A stretch of 64,000 bases of DNA, from positions 268 through 64,267 of the forward strand of contig CAAGHO010000042.1 in the NCBI GenBank assembly GCA_900769695.1, read 5' to 3'. The DNA is from Bacilli bacterium. Lineage in GTDB: Bacteria; Bacillota_I; Bacilli_A; RF39; UBA660. Below the pieces are notes generated by a model. The model was not told the DNA's origin. It saw only the letters and a program-made list of their open reading frames with translations, and searched no databases. Of the stretch, positions 45,197 to 55,207 are shown one piece after another (position 1 is the stretch's first letter; each line of letters opens with the position of its first letter). The position numbers and the translations under genes were made by a program.

Positions 45197-46460
45197 TTTC
45201 TTTATTTAGTATTTTTTGATTTTTTATTAAATCATTCTTCATTTCTTTTCCAAAATAGTCAATATATATAGGATTAAAATCAATATCAGTACCAATTATA
45301 ACAGTTCTTATAACATCTTCCATTTCTGCAGTAGATGTTTTACTTATTTTTTTAGCACCAAATAATTTATAATAAGTATCTCTATTCATAATGATGTTGT
45401 GATTATAATCAGCAACTAGATTTTCACTTTCGATTTCTACCCAAGTATGGTTGTAATAGTCAACTTCATTTGCTTCTATTTTACCACTAGTGATAAATAC
45501 GTCGTCATTTACTCCAAATAATAAAGATATATTTAAATTGTTTAGATGACATCCACTATATCTTCTATCCGATAATAATTTTTCTTTTTCTTCCCCATTA
45601 TCTATCATGTCTGATAGTAATTTAAATTCTATTTTACCAAATGAATCATCCTTATAAACATAAGTGTTAGTTTTTTTATCATACGAAACATATTCTGAGT
45701 TTGAATCTGGATTTTTAGTAAAATTATCTAGAGTGACAAAAGTTTTCTTATATTTATGACTAGAATCAACAGGTAAAAAGAAAATTGAATCAGATTTATC
45801 TCCAAATAATAAATGATTGTGATAGTTAAATCCTATAAAGTTATACTTTCTATTTAAATATGAGAACCTTTCTATTTTACTAACCTCGTTAACTATTTCT
45901 TTTGAAAAAATAAGATATTCATAAAGATGTTTATAATCACCTAGTGTATCTACAATGTCATATAGACTATAGAGTTCATATCTATCTAAGGTATTAATTT
46001 CTTTAAAACCAAACAGACTATAGAACTCATCCTGTTTCATAATAAGATTATTTTTATAATCAATAACTTTTTTTACACCCTCTTCTTCATATGAAATAAG
46101 GAAGGCTAATTTATCAGTTGAGGAGCTACCAACAATTACCTTTGGATTTATAAGATCCATAGAACATGCTAATTTAAGAGTTCTTAATACTACTATATCG
46201 CCATCATTATTATTTTCTTCTTTTATAATCTTTTTGTCTATTTCTTGAATCTTTCTATCTGTAAGTAATTTGAATTTGTAATCTTTATTATCATACTTAA
46301 AAACATAGCTATTTGTATCTTTATCAAAGTATATTTGTGTTTTTTCGTCTAACTCTTGAGATGTTTTACAATAGTTTATTAAATTTTGAATGCTTTTTGG
46401 TATATCAGAAACTACTTCTATTGTACTTAAAATAGTTTCCAAGTTACTATTAATTGTCAT
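45186..46460 (-). CDS. Cytoplasmic protein with an internal duplication; C-terminal half carries a transglutaminase-like Cys-His-Asp signature
   Basis: Two homologous halves (YFDKDTNSYVFKYDN...FKLLTD versus YDKKTNTYVYKDD...FKLLSD). The second half has SGCHLNN, NHTWVEIE and ADYNHN. GGGGGAAA RBS upstream. Confidence 0.45.
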   Translation of the reverse strand: MTINSNLETILSTIEVVSDIPKSIQNLINYCKTSQELDEKTQIYFDKDTNSYVFKYDNKDYKFKLLTDRKIQEIDKKIIKEENNNDGDIVVLRTLKLACSMDLINPKVIVGSSSTDKLAFLISYEEEGVKKVIDYKNNLIMKQDEFYSLFGFKEINTLDRYELYSLYDIVDTLGDYKHLYEYLIFSKEIVNEVSKIERFSYLNRKYNFIGFNYHNHLLFGDKSDSIFFLPVDSSHKYKKTFVTLDNFTKNPDSNSEYVSYDKKTNTYVYKDDSFGKIEFKLLSDMIDNGEEKEKLLSDRRYSGCHLNNLNISLLFGVNDDVFITSGKIEANEVDYYNHTWVEIESENLVADYNHNIIMNRDTYYKLFGAKKISKTSTAEMEDVIRTVIIGTDIDFNPIYIDYFGKEMKNDLIKNQKILNKEINY

Positions 46461-46697
46461 AAATTTTCCCCCTTTTGATTAGTGCATATTATACCATAAT
46501 TTAAAGATAAAATCAATTTTTGCTTTACGAGTTATTATTTCTAGTGCTATACTTAATATAAGTAAAGACAAGAATATGATTTGGAGATTTTAAGATGAGC
46601 AGTAAACTAGTTATGACAACTTATTTTATAATTGATAGTTCTAATTAAAAAGTAGATATTTTTCTGCTTTTTATTTTGTCTAATTTAAGGGAGGTTA

Positions 46698-47327
46698 ATG
46701 ATGAAGAAAATTTTAATTTATGGAGACTCAAATACTTGGGGAGATAATTTTATAACTGGAGAAAGAATTCCTGATGATAAGCAGTGGCCTCATATTTTGG
46801 AGGCTAATATAAAAGGTTATAAAATATTACAAGAAGGATTACCTGGTAGAATTGCTGGAGATTATGAAGATATAAAAAAATATAAAAACGGAAAGGATAG
46901 TTTTTTATCTACCTTTAGAGTAAATGCTCCTGTAGATATTGTAATTATTGCTTTAGGAACAAATGATTTACAACTTAGATATGATAAGAGTAGTGATGAA
47001 GTGATTCAAAGTTTAAAATGGTATAAGGAAGCTATCTTGAATCAGTTTGAAGATTTAGAAGATAGAAAAAAATATTTTGTTAATGAGACTTTACCAAGAA
47101 TCATTTATATTATGCCAGCTAATTTTGATTATTTAGGTGATGCTAGTGTCATATTTGATTTTCAAAGCGAAGAAAAAAGACAAGAAATTATTAAATATTT
47201 TTCTACTAATGAGAAAGATGTAATAATATGTCCTGAGATACCTTTATTTGATGATGGAATTCATTTTAATTATGAAGGACATAAGAAAATGGCTAAATTA
47301 GTAGAAGAGGTGATTGTAAATGAGTAA
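46698..47327 (+). CDS. SGNH/GDSL hydrolase
   Basis: Block I ILIYGDSNTWG, block III GTNDL, block V DGIHF. Confidence 0.85.
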   Translation: MMKKILIYGDSNTWGDNFITGERIPDDKQWPHILEANIKGYKILQEGLPGRIAGDYEDIKKYKNGKDSFLSTFRVNAPVDIVIIALGTNDLQLRYDKSSDEVIQSLKWYKEAILNQFEDLEDRKKYFVNETLPRIIYIMPANFDYLGDASVIFDFQSEEKRQEIIKYFSTNEKDVIICPEIPLFDDGIHFNYEGHKKMAKLVEEVIVNE

Positions 47328-48126
47328 ATTAGATGAATTAAGAAAGCTAAGAGAAAAGATAAATATCAAAGTAGAAGGGCTTGATAATATAAAAAAAGAT
47401 TCTACTAATTTATTTGTTTCTAACTATAATTTATTAAAAGATATTTTCTATTTACCTATGGCTATTGATATGGACATTGTTTCAATGATTAGTCCTAGAC
47501 TTTTGTATAAAAATGAAGAAACAAGAAAAGAAGTTGTTAATAGATATTTAAATGGTTTACCAATAGAAGCACATGGAGGTAAGTATTACATTGATATTTG
47601 CCTATCTTCAGGTATAGAAGTTCTTAAAAATAATATTTCTTTAGCGATATTTCCAGAAGGAGCTTATATTAGTGAAGATGAAGTTCATAAAGGCAGAACA
47701 GGTGCTATTAGAATGTTATTTTCTAGTTTAGATGAGGATTCCAGTATAAATCTGATTCCTGTAGCGATAGATACTAAAAAAGCTAATTTAGAGGATTATA
47801 GTTTTAATCATGATGAAGTAACTGTTAAAATTTTAGAACCAATTGACTATCAAGATAGTTATGAAAGGTTTAGCTCTACAAGTGATTTTAATTTAAAAGG
47901 TAAATGTCTTCATGAAGTAATGGATGAGACTATGAAAAATATTTCTAAAGCTATTAATAAAAGATATGTTGATAGCTATATTTCACTTAGACCTAAAAAT
48001 AATGTTATGTTTTCAAATGGTGTTGTCTTACCTTATGATATTGCTCAAAATGGGTATTATTTAGATTTATATAAAATGGATACAGAAAATAAAGTAAAAG
48101 AATATATAAGAACTATTAAAAAGTAG
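47320..48126 (+). CDS. Lysophospholipid acyltransferase (PlsC)-like protein with altered HX4D motif
   Basis: FPEGA motif present. The position of the catalytic NHxxxxD block reads SNYNLLKD. It overlaps the SGNH gene by 8 nt. Confidence 0.5.
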   Translation: MSKLDELRKLREKINIKVEGLDNIKKDSTNLFVSNYNLLKDIFYLPMAIDMDIVSMISPRLLYKNEETRKEVVNRYLNGLPIEAHGGKYYIDICLSSGIEVLKNNISLAIFPEGAYISEDEVHKGRTGAIRMLFSSLDEDSSINLIPVAIDTKKANLEDYSFNHDEVTVKILEPIDYQDSYERFSSTSDFNLKGKCLHEVMDETMKNISKAINKRYVDSYISLRPKNNVMFSNGVVLPYDIAQNGYYLDLYKMDTENKVKEYIRTIKK

Positions 48127-48132
48127 ATTTCT

Positions 48133-50049
48133 CTACTTTTTTTTGTTACCAAGCATTAATCTTACTATAGCTTTATCTTCATGTTTTTCGCTTGCTTCAG
48201 GTGATTGAGAAACTACATAATCTCCAGTTCCAGAATATTCTACTGTAAAATTAACTAATTGCTTCTTAGCTTCTTCTTTAGTTAAACCAACAACGTTTGG
48301 AACTTCATAGGTCAATTTATCAGTCCACTCAAGTTCTTTTTCAATACCACCTTTTTGTTTCTTGATATCTAGTGCATCTATAATATCAAGTAATATTTTT
48401 CTAGCAAAAGGAGTAGTTGTGTAACTAGAAAGTAGTGCTGTATTTTTAGGATTATCTATGGCAATATATAAAACAGCTTCAGGATTGTTTGAAGGAACTA
48501 CAGACATAAAAGACATAATATAGTTATTTACTAAATATTTTCCATCTTTTGCTTTCTGAGCAGTACCTGTTTTACCACCAACTCGGTATCCTTCAATATA
48601 GGCTTTTTTTCCTCCACCTAAAGCTACAACACTTTCAAGTCCCATTCTCATTGTTTGGGAAGTTTCAGATGAAATAGTTCTTCTAACAAATTCTTTAGAG
48701 TTTTCTTTTATAACGTTATTAGTAACACCTTCATTGATTGATTTTAAAATATATGGTTTATATAAATAACCACCATTGACTACAGATGATACTGCTGTTA
48801 CTTGTTGAATAGGAGTAACACTTACACCTTGACCAAAAGCCGTAGTTGCAAGTTCTACATTACCAACTTTATCTAAATTAAATAAAATACCTGTTGACTC
48901 TCCAGTTAAATCAATACCTGTTTTAGAACCAAAACCAAATTTATCAATATATGAAAATAAACGTTCTTTGCCAAGCATTTGTCCTAATTTTACAAATCCA
49001 GGGTTACATGAATTTTGAAGCACTTGTAAAAAAGTTTGATCACCATGACCTCCAGCTTTCCAACATTTTATTAAAGCACCATCTACATGAACAGAACCAG
49101 AATCATAAAAATGATCTTTTTCTAAGTTAACAACTTTTTCTTCAACTGCAGCAGCTGTGGTTATTATCTTAAAAGTAGAACCTGGCTCATATGATGCAAA
49201 TATAGGAAGATTTCTATTTAGACTTTCCTTTGAATATTTTTGATAATTGTTAGGATCAAAATTAGGTCTACTACTCATACCTAGTATTTCACCAGTTTTG
49301 GGATTCATCACAATTGCAAGAGCCATATCTGGTGAAAACATATCTACAATATTATTAAGTTCTCTTTCAATAGACTTTTGAATATTAATATCAATAGTTA
49401 ATTGAATATTCATTCCATTTACTGGTTCTACATAAACATCTGATAAATTTAATTGATTTCCCTTAGCATCAGAAAAATATTTAATAGCCCCATTAGTACC
49501 AGTAAGTATCTTATCATACTGAAGTTCTAATCCTGAAAGCCCTTGATTATCTATTCCAACATAACCAAGTGAATTAGAAAGTAATTCTTTATAAGGATAA
49601 TATCTTTTAGATTCTTTTACTAAGTAAACTCCTTCATATCCTAAACTATTAATTTTATCGGCAGTTTCATAAGAAAGTCTTCTTCCTTCAGGATGAACCC
49701 TTTCAATAGATGTTTTTTTATAGATATGTTTTTTCATTTCATCAGAACTTACATTTAAAATTTTCGCAAGGTTTTCGACTACTTCTTTTTTGTTTTTTAT
49801 TTGATTAGGAATAACGACAAGACTAGTTGTTGTTACATTATCTGCTAAAACTACACCATTACGATCTAGAATTTTGCCACGATCAGCTTGAACTTCTAAA
49901 TCTCTACTCCAAAGGTTATTAGCGAGTTTTTTTAATTTAGCATAATCAAATACTTGAATTTTAAATACTCTTAAAACTATAGATATAAAAATAACTATAG
50001 AGATTAGTAAAACTATTTTAATTCGTTTATCAATATTTTTAAAAAACAT
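48133..50049 (-). CDS. Class B penicillin-binding protein (SpoVD/PBP2B-like) with one PASTA domain
   Basis: STFK, SCN, KTGTA, and a single C-terminal PASTA repeat (VPNVVGLTKEEAKKQL). Confidence 0.9.
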   Translation of the reverse strand: MFFKNIDKRIKIVLLISIVIFISIVLRVFKIQVFDYAKLKKLANNLWSRDLEVQADRGKILDRNGVVLADNVTTTSLVVIPNQIKNKKEVVENLAKILNVSSDEMKKHIYKKTSIERVHPEGRRLSYETADKINSLGYEGVYLVKESKRYYPYKELLSNSLGYVGIDNQGLSGLELQYDKILTGTNGAIKYFSDAKGNQLNLSDVYVEPVNGMNIQLTIDINIQKSIERELNNIVDMFSPDMALAIVMNPKTGEILGMSSRPNFDPNNYQKYSKESLNRNLPIFASYEPGSTFKIITTAAAVEEKVVNLEKDHFYDSGSVHVDGALIKCWKAGGHGDQTFLQVLQNSCNPGFVKLGQMLGKERLFSYIDKFGFGSKTGIDLTGESTGILFNLDKVGNVELATTAFGQGVSVTPIQQVTAVSSVVNGGYLYKPYILKSINEGVTNNVIKENSKEFVRRTISSETSQTMRMGLESVVALGGGKKAYIEGYRVGGKTGTAQKAKDGKYLVNNYIMSFMSVVPSNNPEAVLYIAIDNPKNTALLSSYTTTPFARKILLDIIDALDIKKQKGGIEKELEWTDKLTYEVPNVVGLTKEEAKKQLVNFTVEYSGTGDYVVSQSPEASEKHEDKAIVRLMLGNKKK

Positions 50050-50195
50050 ATTCCACCTCTTTATAGTAAATATGATTTTGTTTTCTAAAAAATGTCTTAA
50101 TTAAAACGACAAATCTAGGTAAATATAATATTTTTAATTTTATTTTTATAATAATTTATAAGTAAATGTGGTAAGATAATGATAGGAGGAAGATT

Positions 50196-51590
50196 ATGGA
50201 AAATATAAAAAATAAGAAAGTTTGTGGATGGTTAGAACTAGATAGCGAAGAAAAAAGTAAACTATTTAATTTTAATGATTCTTATTTAGAGTTTTTAAAT
50301 AGTGTAAAAACAGAAAGAGAAGCAAATAAATATATTATAAAAGAATTAACTAATAATGGTTTTGTTAATGTTAATAATTTAGATAAGCTTAATGTGGGTG
50401 ATAAAGTTTATTATGATAATCGTGGTAAAAGTGTTTTTGCTGCTGTTATCGGAAAAAATAATCTTGAAGAAGGAATTAATTTAATTGGTGCTCATATTGA
50501 CTCACCAAGACTTGATTTAAAACCTAATCCATTGTATCAAGATAGTAAGCTTGCTTTACTTAAAACTCATTATTATGGAGGAATTAAAAAGTATCAATGG
50601 ACTACTATTCCTTTAGCACTTCATGGAGTAATTGTTAAGAAAAATTTAGAAAAGTTAGTAATTAATATTGGAGAGGATGATAATGATCCAATCTTTACAA
50701 TTACTGATTTACTTCCACATTTAGCTGTTAAGCAAGAAGATAAAAAGTTAAGGGATGCGATAGAAGGAGAAGGCTTAAACTTATTAGTTGGTAGTATTCC
50801 TAAAGATGATAGTGAAGAATCAGTTAAAGAAAATATTTTAAGTTTATTAAATGAAAAATATGGATTAATTGAAGCCGACTTTGTTAGTGCTGAGTTAGAA
50901 GTTGTTCCAGCATTTAAAGCTAAGAGTCTTGGTTTTGATAGAAGTATGGTTGCTTCATATGGCCAAGATGATAGAGTATGTGCATATACTTCATTAAAGG
51001 CTATAATTGATGCTAAACCTTCTTCATATACTCAAGTAGCAATATTTGCAGATAAAGAAGAAATAGGTAGTGTTGGTAACACTGGAATGTATTCAGATGT
51101 ATTTGATATGTTTATGAATGAATTGTTAAGTAAAAGTGGAGAATATAATTTCACATCTTTAAATAAATTATATTGCAATTCTAGAATGCTTTCAGCAGAT
51201 GTTGGAGCAGGTGTTGATCCTAATTATCAAGATGTTTCTGAAAAAAATAATGCTTCATATATTGGTTATGGAGTAGAAATTAATAAATATACAGGTTCTC
51301 GTGGTAAAGGTGGAGCAAGTGATGCTAATGCTGAATTTGTTTCCTTTGTAAGAAGTATATTTGAAGAAAATAATGTTAAGTATCAAGTATCAGAACTAGG
51401 AAAAGTTGATATTGGTGGTGGTGGTACTATTGCCTATATTTTAGCAAATAAAGGAATTGATGTTATAGATTGTGGTGTTCCTGTTATTTCTATGCATTCA
51501 CCATATGAAGTTACAAGTAAATATGATGTTTATTCTGCATATTGTGGATATAAAGCTTTCTTAGAAACAGAGAAAAAAGTTAATTATTAA
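50196..51590 (+). CDS. M18-family aminopeptidase
   Basis: GAHIDSPRLDLKPNPL, YGQDDRVCAY, ADKEEIGS, SMHSP. Confidence 0.8.
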   Translation: MENIKNKKVCGWLELDSEEKSKLFNFNDSYLEFLNSVKTEREANKYIIKELTNNGFVNVNNLDKLNVGDKVYYDNRGKSVFAAVIGKNNLEEGINLIGAHIDSPRLDLKPNPLYQDSKLALLKTHYYGGIKKYQWTTIPLALHGVIVKKNLEKLVINIGEDDNDPIFTITDLLPHLAVKQEDKKLRDAIEGEGLNLLVGSIPKDDSEESVKENILSLLNEKYGLIEADFVSAELEVVPAFKAKSLGFDRSMVASYGQDDRVCAYTSLKAIIDAKPSSYTQVAIFADKEEIGSVGNTGMYSDVFDMFMNELLSKSGEYNFTSLNKLYCNSRMLSADVGAGVDPNYQDVSEKNNASYIGYGVEINKYTGSRGKGGASDANAEFVSFVRSIFEENNVKYQVSELGKVDIGGGGTIAYILANKGIDVIDCGVPVISMHSPYEVTSKYDVYSAYCGYKAFLETEKKVNY

Positions 51591-51595
51591 ATAAA

Positions 51596-51624
51596 AAAAT
51601 GCTGAAATCAATCAGCATTTTTTG
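51596..51624. terminator. Bidirectional terminator between the aminopeptidase gene and lexA
   Basis: Stem AAAATGCTGA/TCAGCATTTT with A/T runs on both sides. Confidence 0.6.
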
Positions 51625-51625
51625 T

Positions 51626-52243
51626 TTAGAATTTTCTATATAATCCAACAGCTTTACCTAATATTGTAACTTGATCAAGAATAATAGGATCCATTGTATC
51701 GTTTTCAGGTTGTAATCTAAAATGTCCATTTTCTTTATAGAATGTTTTAACTGTTGCTTCATTATCCTTATTCATAGCAACTACTGTGTCACCATTTTTA
51801 GCAGTATTTTGTCTTTCTACAATTAAAATATCTCCATCATAGATTCCAACATTAATCATGGATTCACCACTTACTTTTAAGGTAAAAACTTCCTTTTTAT
51901 TAGTAACTAAATTAGCAGGTAATGAAAAATATTCATCAGGTGTTTCTATAGCTTCTATTGGAGTACCAGCTGTAACTTTTCCAAGTAGTGGAACTTCAAC
52001 TATATTTTCATTAGTTTCTTCAAATTCATTTGGAACTAGTATTTCAATAGTTCTATTTTTACTTGTATCTTTTTTTATGAATCCTTTTTCTTCAAGTTTT
52101 TTTAGATGAAAATGAATAGTTGCTGGTGAATGTAAATTAGCAGCAGCACCAATTTCTCTAACAGTAGGGGCATAACCATTTTTAGCTTTTAATTGTTTCA
52201 AAATCTGTAAAATATATTCTTGTTTTTCAGTTAATTTTTCCAT
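51626..52243 (-). CDS. lexA: SOS repressor LexA
   Basis: Winged HTH (GYAPTVREIGAAANL), cleavage region VTAGTPI, catalytic Ser in VSGESM and Lys in EATVKTF. Confidence 0.95.
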   Translation of the reverse strand: MEKLTEKQEYILQILKQLKAKNGYAPTVREIGAAANLHSPATIHFHLKKLEEKGFIKKDTSKNRTIEILVPNEFEETNENIVEVPLLGKVTAGTPIEAIETPDEYFSLPANLVTNKKEVFTLKVSGESMINVGIYDGDILIVERQNTAKNGDTVVAMNKDNEATVKTFYKENGHFRLQPENDTMDPIILDQVTILGKAVGLYRKF

Positions 52244-52291
52244 ACAATCCCTCCTTGTAATTTTAGTTTAACATTAATAGTGTAAATTGTC

Positions 52292-52303
52292 AAACAAATG
52301 TTT
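52292..52303. promoter_or_regulatory. Candidate LexA (Cheo-type) box overlapping the lexA -35
   Basis: AAAC-AAAT-GTTT palindrome; the consensus core is GAAC-N4-GTTC. The minus-strand lexA promoter is TTGACA (52293-52288), 17 nt, TAAACT (52270-52265). Confidence 0.45.
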
Positions 52304-52313
52304 TAAATTGTTA

Positions 52314-52342
52314 TTGACACGAACAGACGTATGATATATACT
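52314..52342 (+). promoter_or_regulatory. Promoter of the divergent small gene with an embedded LexA-box-like element
   Basis: TTGACA (52314-52319), 17-nt spacer, TATACT (52337-52342). The spacer starts CGAACAGACGTATG: a perfect CGAAC left half-site and a degenerate right half. Confidence 0.5.
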
Positions 52343-52372
52343 TAAATTGTCAAGAGAAAGGAGAGGATTAAA

Positions 52373-52522
52373 ATGATAGAAATAGTAAAGAAAGGTATGT
52401 TTATTTCATTTATATATTTGATGGCTATAGCATCGACTTTATTGATATCTAATAGAGTTAGCGAATTAGATCATGCAAGTACAAATACAAATCAAGCACT
52501 TACTATTAAATTAGCAAGATAA
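52373..52522 (+). CDS. 49-aa membrane protein divergent from lexA (candidate SOS-induced division inhibitor), absent from the ORF track
   Basis: MIEIVKKGMFISFIYLMAIASTLLISNRVSELDHASTNTNQALTIKLAR. AAAGGAGAGGA RBS, one N-terminal TM segment and a short tail. Confidence 0.5.
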   Translation: MIEIVKKGMFISFIYLMAIASTLLISNRVSELDHASTNTNQALTIKLAR

Positions 52523-52565
52523 GTTTCACAAAAAGTATGTTATAATGTACTTTAGGTGATGTAAT

Positions 52566-55190
52566 ATGAAGAAATTAATCTTGGTAGATGGTAATAATTT
52601 ATTATTTAGAAGTTATTTTGCAACTGCTTATCAAGGTGTTATTATGAGAAATTCTAAAGGATTTCCTACTAATGCTTTATATGGTTTTATTAACATGATG
52701 AATAAAATTATCAAAGAAGAAGAACCTAATTATATTTTAGTAGCATTTGATAAAGGAAAATCCTTTAGACATAATAAATATGACTTTTATAAGGGAGAAC
52801 GTAATGCAACTCCAGAAGAGTTAAAGGAGCAATTTCCTAAAGCTAAAGAAATTTTGGATGCAATGGGAATTAAGCACTTTGAAATAGATAATTATGAAGC
52901 AGATGATATTATTGGTACTGTTTCAAGAATTGTTGATGAAGAAGATCAGTTTATCGCAACTATTATAAGTAGTGATAAAGACTTGCTTCAACTAATAAGT
53001 GATGGAGTGGATGTAAAACTTTTAAAGACTAGTGGCTTTGTTAGAATGGATACACAAGAATTTATGAATACCTATGGTGTAGAACCTATCAAAATGATAG
53101 ATTTAAAAGCATTAATGGGAGATGCTAGTGATAATATTCCTGGTGTAAAAGGAATAGGTGAAAAAACAGCTATTAATCTACTTACCAAATATAAGAGTTT
53201 AGATAACTTATATGAAAATATAGATAGCGTTACTGGTAAGACAAAAGAAAAACTTATAAATGATAAAGATAAAGCTTATATGAGTTATGAAATGGCTACA
53301 ATTTATAGAGAAGTACCACTTGACTTTTCTTTAGAAGATTTAAAATATAATGGTCTAAATTTAGAAGAATATATTAGTTTGTTACAAGAATTTGAATTTA
53401 ACTCATTACTTAGAAAATTACCAACTACAGATTTAAAAAAGGAAGAAAAAGAAGAAAAAAAGGTAAAAACATTAGAAATAAAAGATATAAATGCCTTTTC
53501 AAAAGACCGTGATTTTTCTTATTATATTGAGATGGATGGAACAATATATAGTAAGGCAAATATCATTGGAATAGGAATTTATGATGGAAATTATGGATAT
53601 TTCATAAATAAGGAATCTTTAGAAAAATACAAAGAAATATTTTTATCAATTTATAACAAGTACACCTATGACTTAAAGAAAAATATTGTTTTATTTAATA
53701 ATGTAGGAATTAAAGAAAAAAACACTGTTTTTGATACGATGATAGCAGCTTATCTTTTAAACTATGATGTTAAGGATGATATCAGTTATTTAGCAAAAGA
53801 ATTAGACTACGATATTGAGTTATATGAAGAGTCTTATGGAACTGATAAAAGAAGAAAAGAAGTAGAAGAAGAAAAGATTAAAACTTTGTGTATAGAAAAA
53901 GCTAAATTCATTTATGAAACACACGATAAATTAGAAGAAGAGTTAGTAAAAGAAGAAGAAAAAAGTTTGTTTGAAGATATAGAAATGCCTTTATCTAGAG
54001 TACTAGCAGATATGGAATTAACTGGTATAAAGGTTGATTCAGAATATTTAGATGAAGTTGCTAAAGATTTAAAAAAACATATAGCTGATATGGAACAAGC
54101 AATTTATTTAGATGCAGGATTAGAATTTAATATCATGTCTCCAAAACAATTAGGGGAAGTTTTATTTGAAAAGCTGGGTATAAAATATCCTAAAAAAAAT
54201 AATTCTGCTAATAAAAGATATCAATATCTAACTAATAAAGAAATTTTAGTAAAAATCAAAGATACTCATCCTATTGTAAATAAGATATTAGAATACAGAA
54301 CACTAATAAAATTATATACGAACTATGCAGTAGGACTTAAAAATGAAATAAGAGAAGATGGAAGAATTCATACAATATTTACGCAAACTTTAACTAGAAC
54401 AGGAAGACTTTCTAGTATTAATCCCAATTTACAAAATATTCCAGCAAGAGCAGAATATTCTAGATTGATTAGAAAAGCTTTTATTCCTGATGATGATTCT
54501 ATTATTTTATCTAGTGATTATTCTCAAGTAGAACTTAGAATCTTTTCATCACTATCAGATGCTTCAAACTTAATCGAAGCTTTCAAAAACAATCAAGATA
54601 TTCATGCTAAAACTGCATCAGATATCTTTCATGTTCCAATAGAAGATGTTACTAAAGATATGCGAAGAACAGCAAAAGCAGTTAACTTTGGAATTTTATA
54701 CGGAATAAGTAGCTTTGGATTAAGTGAAGATTTAGGAATTGATATAAAAACGGCTAAAGAGTTTATTGATAACTATCTAGAAACTTATCCAGGTATTAAA
54801 GAATATATGGATAAAGAAAAACAAGATGCTTATAAAAATGGATATGTAAAAACACTTATGAATCGAAAAAGGGTAATTGAAGAATTACAAAATAAAAACT
54901 ATATGGTTCGTAGTGCAGGAGAGAGAATTGCATTAAATACTCCAATTCAGGGTACCGCAGCTGATATTTTAAAGAAAGCTATGGTAGAGATTTATGATGA
55001 GTTTAAAAAACAAGGTTTAAAGAGTAAAATGTTAATTCAAGTACATGATGAACTTGTGTTTAATGTTTTAAATGATGAGGTTGAAACAGTTAAGAAAATT
55101 GTTAAAGATATTATGGAAAACACCTATAAATTAGATGTCCCATTAGTTGTTGATATTGAAACAGGTTCTAATTGGTATGAAGCAAAATAA
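52566..55190 (+). CDS. polA: DNA polymerase I
   Basis: 5' nuclease domain (LILVDGNNLLFRS), motif A DYSQVELRI, motif C QVHDELVF. 874 aa. Confidence 0.95.
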   Translation: MKKLILVDGNNLLFRSYFATAYQGVIMRNSKGFPTNALYGFINMMNKIIKEEEPNYILVAFDKGKSFRHNKYDFYKGERNATPEELKEQFPKAKEILDAMGIKHFEIDNYEADDIIGTVSRIVDEEDQFIATIISSDKDLLQLISDGVDVKLLKTSGFVRMDTQEFMNTYGVEPIKMIDLKALMGDASDNIPGVKGIGEKTAINLLTKYKSLDNLYENIDSVTGKTKEKLINDKDKAYMSYEMATIYREVPLDFSLEDLKYNGLNLEEYISLLQEFEFNSLLRKLPTTDLKKEEKEEKKVKTLEIKDINAFSKDRDFSYYIEMDGTIYSKANIIGIGIYDGNYGYFINKESLEKYKEIFLSIYNKYTYDLKKNIVLFNNVGIKEKNTVFDTMIAAYLLNYDVKDDISYLAKELDYDIELYEESYGTDKRRKEVEEEKIKTLCIEKAKFIYETHDKLEEELVKEEEKSLFEDIEMPLSRVLADMELTGIKVDSEYLDEVAKDLKKHIADMEQAIYLDAGLEFNIMSPKQLGEVLFEKLGIKYPKKNNSANKRYQYLTNKEILVKIKDTHPIVNKILEYRTLIKLYTNYAVGLKNEIREDGRIHTIFTQTLTRTGRLSSINPNLQNIPARAEYSRLIRKAFIPDDDSIILSSDYSQVELRIFSSLSDASNLIEAFKNNQDIHAKTASDIFHVPIEDVTKDMRRTAKAVNFGILYGISSFGLSEDLGIDIKTAKEFIDNYLETYPGIKEYMDKEKQDAYKNGYVKTLMNRKRVIEELQNKNYMVRSAGERIALNTPIQGTAADILKKAMVEIYDEFKKQGLKSKMLIQVHDELVFNVLNDEVETVKKIVKDIMENTYKLDVPLVVDIETGSNWYEAK

Positions 55191-55207
55191 GAAAGAGGTA
55201 GTATAAT

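Noticed and set aside
46595-46648. 17-aa ORF (MSSKLVMTTYFIIDSSN) with a GGAG upstream, in the leader of the SGNH hydrolase gene; considered as a leader peptide/attenuator
   Set aside because: It is too short to evaluate. The following hairpin is weak (mismatched stem) and no codon bias suggests amino-acid attenuation. It could be chance in AT-rich DNA.
51858-52109. 83-aa plus-strand ORF inside lexA
   Set aside because: It is antisense to an unambiguous LexA CDS. Its Ser-rich translation has no motifs.
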